Source: Gammaproteobacteria bacterium (GTDB taxonomy: Bacteria; Pseudomonadota; Gammaproteobacteria; BTQY01). Taken from it: a stretch of DNA of 64,000 nucleotides. The DNA is taken from the NCBI GenBank assembly GCA_036986115.1, contig BTQY01000001.1:43807-107806 (forward strand). The letters run 5' to 3'. The notes beneath the pieces were generated by a model that did no database searches, had not been told where the DNA came from, and saw only the letters and a list, made by a program, of their open reading frames with translations. Shown one piece after another: positions 58,037-64,000 of this stretch (the stretch's first letter is position 1; each line of letters begins with the position of its first letter). Both the position numbers and the translations under genes were made by a program.

Positions 58037-58756
58037 TTACTTCACCAGATAACCTTCAAATTGATTAGAGCAACTAACCGGAGCCAGATTTGTGGTAGGA
58101 CAGCTGCCTGAGCAGGTATAGTAATAGTAGGTATAATTATAGCATATCCCAAAACCGCACCCATACGATGTCCTGGTGTAAGCGCAGGATATTGTCTCAC
58201 ACGTGGCGTTGAATGTTACCCCCTCATCCGGAGCACAATATTGGTTATAGCTATAAATTTGGCGAGAGCCTGTATTAAGCCCTAGTTGCGATGCGGTTAC
58301 ATTATGCGGATTACCGGTATCACTGACATGCGCTGACTGATCGAGTGTGGCAGGACTGATCCCACCGACGGTATTGGCATCATCTGCCTTAAACGCAAAA
58401 CCAGCGGATGTGAGTGCAGTTCGTGGCGACATTTCACCATCGGCAGCCACATTAATACCTAACCATAGCGGATTATCAAACAGATTGGGGGGGAATGTGC
58501 CGCCCCCAAGTTCGATCGAGAATAATCCTTTACTCACATTAACAGTTTTTGTGTTAGTCCATAATGCAATACCACCCGCATTGACATTGTAAAGGCTGAA
58601 TTTAATGCTGAAAGAACCATCAAGTGCAACACCGGATGGATCAGTTAAATAACCCTGGTAGTTTATACTTTGTGGAATAGCGGCCTGTACGTTTTGTAGC
58701 GAATGAAATAATAATACCAGTAACAGCGTGAATGCTTTAATGGAATTTTGTAACAT
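58037..58756 (-). CDS. Secreted protein with a Cys/Tyr-rich C-terminal region (unknown function)
   Basis: Signal peptide. N-terminal INYQGYLTDPSGVALDG motif. C-terminus CAPDEG...CETISCAYTRTSYGCGFGICYNYTYYYYTCSGSCP...C has 10 Cys in about 70 aa. Confidence 0.45.
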   Translation of the reverse strand: MLQNSIKAFTLLLVLLFHSLQNVQAAIPQSINYQGYLTDPSGVALDGSFSIKFSLYNVNAGGIALWTNTKTVNVSKGLFSIELGGGTFPPNLFDNPLWLGINVAADGEMSPRTALTSAGFAFKADDANTVGGISPATLDQSAHVSDTGNPHNVTASQLGLNTGSRQIYSYNQYCAPDEGVTFNATCETISCAYTRTSYGCGFGICYNYTYYYYTCSGSCPTTNLAPVSCSNQFEGYLVK

Positions 58757-58803
58757 GATGTTACTCCTGCTAGCGCGAGGCGCAGCAATAATCCTGTGAT
58801 TGA

Positions 58804-59379
58804 CTAGTCCTGTTTTGATGCCCGATTAAATACCGTGCCATGGCAAGTGGGGCAGGGAGGGATGTGGCCAGGTTGATGAAAATGCAATTCTTTGCCGCAG
58901 CCACTGCAACGGAAGGTACCGATACCGGTGATTTCACCGGTATGCCATTCACCAATGATGTTGGCCTGATGTTCGAGTTTCTCCAGTTCAATATGGGTCT
59001 GGTCAGCCATTCGGGTGAATGTTTCCAGAAACCGGTCTTCCACCAGGGCCACGTCAAATTTGAACCAGTCACGGATGGCTCCACCGCTCTCACTGAGAAA
59101 CTGCCCGGCCTCCTGCAGGTCTCGTTTCAGGTAGGCGGCGACTTTATCTGCCTCTTCACGACTCAGTTCACCCAGTTCTGATGCCTGTTGTTTTGCCTTT
59201 TCCAGGTTGCTCTCCAGGGTCGGGATGGCCGCTTTATCTGCCTGCTCAATAACATCATCAATGGTCTTGTTGATGAAGCTGAGCATGTCCTGATATGCCT
59301 TCAGCATCTTGTCCCCAACGGCGCTGATGGCGGGTTTTTGCTGGTCTCCGTTTTTATTGTCTTCGGCTGTCTGTTTCAT
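58804..59379 (-). CDS. Coiled-coil protein with a C-terminal zinc ribbon (DUF1451-like)
   Basis: CSGCGKEL...CPTCHG zinc ribbon. Upstream region is acidic and helical. Confidence 0.5.
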   Translation of the reverse strand: MKQTAEDNKNGDQQKPAISAVGDKMLKAYQDMLSFINKTIDDVIEQADKAAIPTLESNLEKAKQQASELGELSREEADKVAAYLKRDLQEAGQFLSESGGAIRDWFKFDVALVEDRFLETFTRMADQTHIELEKLEHQANIIGEWHTGEITGIGTFRCSGCGKELHFHQPGHIPPCPTCHGTVFNRASKQD

Positions 59380-59543
59380 GGCGGGCCCCTCCTGATGCTG
59401 ATACTTTCAGAATAGCATGTCTGTGGGTGCCCGGTGGATGTCAAACAGGCACAATATTTGACGGATTGTTGTGGCCATCTGTCCCCCTGGGGTATCCTTA
59501 CACGCTTTAAATACCGGTGCCAGAATAAGGTCAAGGAAAATCA

Positions 59544-62051
59544 GTGACTAGCCACGTTTACCACCCCCGGGAAATTGAGCAACAGGCTCAGGATTACTGG
59601 GATGAGGAGCAGAGCTTCAAGATGTCTGAGTCCTCTGAAGGCGAGAAATTTTATTGTTTGTCGATGTTCCCTTACCCCAGTGGCCGCCTGCACATGGGGC
59701 ATGTCCGAAATTACACCATTGGTGATGTAATCTCACGCTATCAGCGTATGCAGGGCAAGAATGTCCTGCAGCCGATGGGCTGGGATGCCTTTGGAATGCC
59801 GGCGGAAAACGCGGCCATGAAAAACAATGTGCCCCCCGCCCGCTGGACCCGCGAGAACATCGATTATATGCGTACCCAGCTGAAGCAGCTGGGATTTGCC
59901 TATGACTGGCAGCGGGAACTGGCAACCTGTGATCCTGACTATTATCGCTGGGAGCAGTGGTTGTTTATCCAGTTATACAAAAAGGACCTGGTGTACAAAA
60001 AGACCGCCGCGGTGAACTGGTGCCCGAATGACATGACGGTGCTGGCCAACGAGCAGGTCATTGATGGTTGTTGCTGGCGCTGTGATACCGCGGTGGAGCG
60101 CAAAGAGATCCCGCAGTGGTTTATGAAGATCACCGCCTACGCGGATGAGCTGCTCACCGAGCTGGATAATCTGCCGGACTGGCCGGAAAAGGTCCGCACC
60201 ATGCAGCGCAACTGGATTGGCCGATCCAAAGGGATCGAAGTTGTCTTCGGTATCGAAGGGCAAGACACCGGGCTCAAGGTGTTTACCACTCGCCCGGATA
60301 CGCTGATGGGTGTCAGCTATGTCGCGGTCGCACCTGAACACGCCCTTGCCACTGAAGTTGCCCGTGACAATGCCGATATCGCCGCCTTTATCAAAGAGTG
60401 CGAACATGCCGGCACCTCCGAGGCAAGCATCGAGGCGCTGGAAAAACGTGGGCTGGATCTGGGCCTGAAGGCCATCCACCCGATCAGTGGCGAACAGGTA
60501 CCGGTTTATGTCGCCAATTTTGTACTGATTGGCTATGGCGAGGGGGCGGTGATGGCAGTCCCTGCCCACGATCAACGTGACTGGGAATTTGCGCAAAAGT
60601 ATCAGATTCCGATCAGGGTCGTCATTACACCTGAGGGGTATGACGGCGATGTGGATGCACTGGTGAGCGATGCCGCCCATGTCGATAAAGGCGTGCTGGT
60701 AAATTCTGCTGAGTTTACCGGCTTGAACTTCAGGCAGGCCTTTGATGCCATTGCCGCTTACCTGGAAAAGAATGATCGCGGCAGGGTGCGGGTGAACTAT
60801 CGTTTACGTGACTGGGGTGTCTCGCGGCAACGTTACTGGGGTGCGCCGATCCCGATGATCAACTGCCCGGATTGTGGTGTCGTACCGGTACCTGAAGATC
60901 AGCTGCCAGTGGTATTACCGGAAGAGGTGGTCATTGATGGTGAGGGTTCTCCTATCAAGAAGATGCCGGCATTTTATCAGACCACCTGCCCCGAGTGTGG
61001 TCATGATGCGCAGCGCGAGACAGATACCTTTGATACCTTCATGGAATCCTCCTGGTATTACGCCCGCTATGCGAGTTATGACCAGGGCGAGAGCATGCTG
61101 GACCAGCGTGCCGATTACTGGTTACCGGTAGACCAGTATGTTGGCGGTATTGAACATGCCATTTTACATTTGCTGTATGCACGCTTCTTTCATAAATTAA
61201 TGCGTGATGCCGGACTGATTACCAGTAATGAGCCCTTCAGCAGATTGCTGACCCAGGGCATGGTGCTAAAGGATGGTTCCAAGATGTCCAAGTCCAGGGG
61301 CAACACCGTCGACCCACAGGAGCTGGTGGGAAAATACGGTGCCGATACCGTGCGTCTGTTCACCATGTTTGCCGCCCCGCCGGAACAGTCGCTGGAATGG
61401 AATGGTAATGCCGTTGAAGGGGCATCGCGTTTTCTGAAGCGCTTCTGGAAACTCGTCACCGATAATGACCACCTGGACCTGCTGGCCGCCTGGAAAGGGC
61501 CTGGGAACGTGCCGGCTGTCGACTGGCAGAATGCGGATGCGGACTGCAGGAAATGGCGCCACGAGGTGCATTGCCTGCTGCAGCAATCCAACCGGGATTT
61601 TGCCAAATATCAGTTTAATACCGTGGTGTCGGCAGGGATGAAGCTGCTCAACCTGCTATATGATGTCGCCAGCGCACGTCACAGCGGCACCGTTGGTAAC
61701 ACTTATGACGCCCTGCTTGCAGAAGGAATAGATATATTAATCAGGATGTTGGCTCCAATAGTGCCGCATATTTGCCATGCCTTGTGGGGTCTGGGCGGTG
61801 TTGGCGGTGCACTATTGGATGCGAATTGGCCACAAGCCGATCCACAGGCGCTACTGCGTGATAATATAGAGATCGTGGTCCAGGTCAACGGCAAGCTGCG
61901 TGGCAAGATCAATATTGCGGCAGGTGCCGAACAACAACAAATTGAAGATGCGGCCCTTGGCGATGACAATGTTCAACGTTTTATTAAAGGCAGGCAGGTA
62001 CGAAAAATTATTGTGGTGCCAAACAAGCTGGTCAATATCGTTGTATCCTGA
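59544..62051 (+). CDS. leuS: Leucyl-tRNA synthetase
   Basis: HIGH motif ([11 protein letters not shown]). KMSKS motif (KMSKSRGN). CP1 editing domain. C-terminus ...[18 protein letters not shown] start at 59544. Confidence 0.95.
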   Translation: MTSHVYHPREIEQQAQDYWDEEQSFKMSESSEGEKFYCLSMFPYPSGRLHMGHVRNYTIGDVISRYQRMQGKNVLQPMGWDAFGMPAENAAMKNNVPPARWTRENIDYMRTQLKQLGFAYDWQRELATCDPDYYRWEQWLFIQLYKKDLVYKKTAAVNWCPNDMTVLANEQVIDGCCWRCDTAVERKEIPQWFMKITAYADELLTELDNLPDWPEKVRTMQRNWIGRSKGIEVVFGIEGQDTGLKVFTTRPDTLMGVSYVAVAPEHALATEVARDNADIAAFIKECEHAGTSEASIEALEKRGLDLGLKAIHPISGEQVPVYVANFVLIGYGEGAVMAVPAHDQRDWEFAQKYQIPIRVVITPEGYDGDVDALVSDAAHVDKGVLVNSAEFTGLNFRQAFDAIAAYLEKNDRGRVRVNYRLRDWGVSRQRYWGAPIPMINCPDCGVVPVPEDQLPVVLPEEVVIDGEGSPIKKMPAFYQTTCPECGHDAQRETDTFDTFMESSWYYARYASYDQGESMLDQRADYWLPVDQYVGGIEHAILHLLYARFFHKLMRDAGLITSNEPFSRLLTQGMVLKDGSKMSKSRGNTVDPQELVGKYGADTVRLFTMFAAPPEQSLEWNGNAVEGASRFLKRFWKLVTDNDHLDLLAAWKGPGNVPAVDWQNADADCRKWRHEVHCLLQQSNRDFAKYQFNTVVSAGMKLLNLLYDVASARHSGTVGNTYDALLAEGIDILIRMLAPIVPHICHALWGLGGVGGALLDANWPQADPQALLRDNIEIVVQVNGKLRGKINIAAGAEQQQIEDAALGDDNVQRFIKGRQVRKIIVVPNKLVNIVVS

Positions 62052-62103
62052 ACCCGATAATAGACAAAATGGGAAACACACAAAGAAGTAGAAGGTTAAC
62101 AGT

Positions 62104-62613
62104 ATGTTGATAAGAATAATCCCGGTATTGCTACTGTTCTCCACCCTGTCCGGGTGCGGGTTTCATCTGCGAGGATCTTTTGATGTAGACAAGTTACCCG
62201 CGTCGATGCGTCAAATGTCCGTTGAAGGCGTGCGCTGGAACAACCCGCTGGCGGTTGATTTGCGCGGCGCCCTGAAGGCCGCTGGCGTCAAGGTGCCACT
62301 AGAGGATGCCAGTAGCACATCCGTGTTGACCATTATCTCAGCCAACCGCAAGCGGCGTGTGCTCTCTGTGTCTGCCACGACCGGCAAGGTTCGCGAGTTT
62401 GAATTATTTTATAGTGTAGTTTTCAATGTATCTGATTCAAACGGCAAGCCTCTGATTGAGAAGCAGACGGTGAGTCTGGTGCGTGACTATATTTTTGATC
62501 CCACCAGTGTTCATGCTGAGGCCTCGGAAGAACAACTGGTGTTTTCAGAAATGAGACAGGCGGCGGTACAGCAAATTTTACGTCGAATGCGTGCGCAAGC
62601 CGGGGGCTCCTGA
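62104..62613 (+). CDS. lptE: LPS-assembly lipoprotein LptE
   Basis: Lipobox LSGCGFHLRG. 169 aa. Conserved position after leuS. Confidence 0.85.
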   Translation: MLIRIIPVLLLFSTLSGCGFHLRGSFDVDKLPASMRQMSVEGVRWNNPLAVDLRGALKAAGVKVPLEDASSTSVLTIISANRKRRVLSVSATTGKVREFELFYSVVFNVSDSNGKPLIEKQTVSLVRDYIFDPTSVHAEASEEQLVFSEMRQAAVQQILRRMRAQAGGS

Positions 62614-62678
62614 TAATCAAGACATTGTTTTCAATGGTTGCACTCTCCTAGTACTCTTTACAAAGCAGCTACCAGGCC

Positions 62679-63701
62679 ATGAAAATTGCTTCCGCACAAC
62701 TCGGCAATCAACTGAAGCAGGGCCTTGCCCCTGTCTATCTTCTCAGTGGTGATGAGCCACTGCTCATGTGTGAAGCCACAGATCTGATTCGTCACACGGC
62801 CAGAGAAGCCGGCTTTAGCGGTCGTGAAGTCTTTTACGTGGAAAGTGGATTTGACTGGTCCGGGTTCGCACAGTCGATGGATGCCCTGTCGCTGTTTGCG
62901 GATCGACGCCTTATCGAGTTACGCCTGCCGACTGCCAAACCCGGAGACGCCGGCCGTAAGGTGATTCAGGCCTACCTGGAAAATCCTGCCGAAGATATCG
63001 TGTTGTTAATCATCAGTGCCAGGCTGGATCGAAGCGCCATCAAGACACGTTGGGTAAAAGCGGTACAGGACAGTGGCGTGTTGTGCCAGGTCTGGCCCGT
63101 GGAAAGGGCACAACTGCCACACTTTATCATGCAGCGGCTGCAACGTGCCGGGTTACAGGCAGACACGGAGACAGTCAATATCCTGGTGGATCGGGCCGAA
63201 GGTAATCTGCTGGCGGCCACCCAGGACATCGAAAAACTGCGCCTGTTGTATGGTGAAGGACAACTCAGTACTGAACAGGCCCTTGAGGGCGTGACAGACA
63301 GTGCCCGTTATGACGTCTTCAAGCTGGCGGATGCGGCACTGGCGGGCGATTCAACCCGGGTGTCTCGGGTGTTGCCGAGGCTTCGGCAGGAGGGAGTGGA
63401 ACCGGTACTGATTTTATGGGCCCTCAGCAAGGAAATTCGTGAGCTGGCGATGATGGCCCGCGAGGCCGAGGGCCAGTCGGCCGATGCGGTCATGTCTGGC
63501 CATCACGTCTGGGCAAAACGTAAACCATTGATTAGCAAAGCATTATCAAGATTCTCAGCGGCCCGATGGCAGATCCTGCTGGTACATGCGGGCCGTATTG
63601 ACCGGATGATAAAGGGCCAGGCGGTAGGTAATGCCTGGGATGAACTGTTACAATTGGCCCTGAAGGTAGCGGGGTTGCGGCTGCGCCTGCCCATACAGTA
63701 A
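62679..63701 (+). CDS. holA: DNA polymerase III delta subunit
   Basis: N-terminus LAPVYLLSGDEPLL. 340 aa. Conserved leuS-lptE-holA order. Confidence 0.9.
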   Translation: MKIASAQLGNQLKQGLAPVYLLSGDEPLLMCEATDLIRHTAREAGFSGREVFYVESGFDWSGFAQSMDALSLFADRRLIELRLPTAKPGDAGRKVIQAYLENPAEDIVLLIISARLDRSAIKTRWVKAVQDSGVLCQVWPVERAQLPHFIMQRLQRAGLQADTETVNILVDRAEGNLLAATQDIEKLRLLYGEGQLSTEQALEGVTDSARYDVFKLADAALAGDSTRVSRVLPRLRQEGVEPVLILWALSKEIRELAMMAREAEGQSADAVMSGHHVWAKRKPLISKALSRFSAARWQILLVHAGRIDRMIKGQAVGNAWDELLQLALKVAGLRLRLPIQ

Positions 63702-63804
63702 TCGGCCCGCCAGCCCTGCCTCGGGTTTGAGCAGGGGGCCTGATTGCGAACCATCAAAAACCTGAAGATATAACCCTGAAGATATAACATAGAGAAATAG
63801 TGAG

Positions 63805-64000
63805 ATGAGTGCGGTGATGAATGCCAATTCCGATGTTAAGGCCTATATGCAGGGCGTGGGTAGTCGCGCCCGGGCCGCATCACGCCAGATGGCCAGGGCC
63901 AGCACCTCGCAAAAGAACCAGGCCTTGCTGTGCATCGCATCGCGTCTGGACACGGCGCGAGACATATTGTCTGAAGCCAATCAACGTGATCTGCTTGCAG
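63805..64000 (+). CDS. proA: Gamma-glutamyl phosphate reductase, N-terminal part. The 3' end is truncated by the window edge.
   Basis: ARAASRQMARASTSQKNQALLCIASRLDTARDILSEANQRDL matches the ProA N-terminus. The frame is open to the end of the window. Confidence 0.75.
   Translation, partial: MSAVMNANSDVKAYMQGVGSRARAASRQMARASTSQKNQALLCIASRLDTARDILSEANQRDLLA

Noticed and set aside
59973-60680. 235-aa minus-strand ORF antisense to leuS
   Set aside because: It lies inside leuS, which has unambiguous HIGH/KMSKS motifs.
63701-63760. Possible hairpin after holA (CCCTGC...GCAGGG)
   Set aside because: The stem is only 6 bp with an 11-nt loop and no U-tract. The evidence is too weak to call a terminator.

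Overview
The window is about 64 kb of chromosomal DNA that looks gammaproteobacterial. Gene content suggests a sulfur-oxidising chemolithotroph lineage, but this is inferred from gene content only. The sequence is dense in genes for central metabolism, sucrose metabolism, metal handling and sulfur handling.

From left to right:
- The 3' end of zwf, then a CusRS-like two-component pair inserted before a convergent glk-pgl pair.
- A sucrose module: sucrose-phosphate synthase and a PfkB fructokinase, divergent from a GH100 neutral invertase.
- A c-di-GMP/secretion-ATPase module: a GGDEF-EAL protein, a CheY-like receiver, and an orphan GAF-GspE-type ATPase.
- The conserved miaB-ybeZ-ybeY-corC-lnt block.
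- A cytoplasmic histidine kinase with N-terminal zinc ribbons and a GAF domain, followed by a CheY-like receiver.
- A visibly GC-rich island carrying czcC-czcB-czcA (HME-RND efflux) plus a translationally coupled PII-like gene.
- A ModA-like periplasmic binding protein with a CxxCW motif, next to a TtrS/TtrR-like two-component system with no ttrBCA.
- Two YVTN beta-propeller genes; one carries a tandem-repeat-encoded His/Met-rich insertion.
- An MMPL/HpnN-like RND exporter whose first transmembrane helix is encoded upstream of any canonical in-frame start. It is followed by an SPW-repeat protein, a LolA-like protein and an outer-membrane barrel.
- A TlpA-like thioredoxin (CHWC motif), two MBL-fold hydrolases, and a 1184-aa GltD/NfnB-like + PyrK/FNR-like fused iron-sulfur flavoprotein.
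- A periplasmic HMA-domain protein, a Tat-signal DsrE-like protein, a YeeE/YedE transporter and a tandem rhodanese.
- A lipid-remodelling operon: cfa, a PEMT-like methyltransferase, a YHS-domain protein and a patatin-like phospholipase.
- A secreted Cys/Tyr-rich protein, then leuS-lptE-holA and the start of proA.

The most notable observation is a family of five MerR-family-type promoters with the architecture TTGACC-N20-TAnnCT. Each embeds a conserved dyad, ACCTGTG...CACAGGT, in its 20-bp spacer. They sit upstream of both YVTN propeller genes (in tandem for the His/Met-rich one), the yeeE-MBL operon and the cfa-PEMT-YHS-patatin operon. This suggests an uncharacterised metal- or redox-responsive regulon whose regulator gene lies outside the window.

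No rRNA, tRNA, CRISPR array or obvious transposase was seen.
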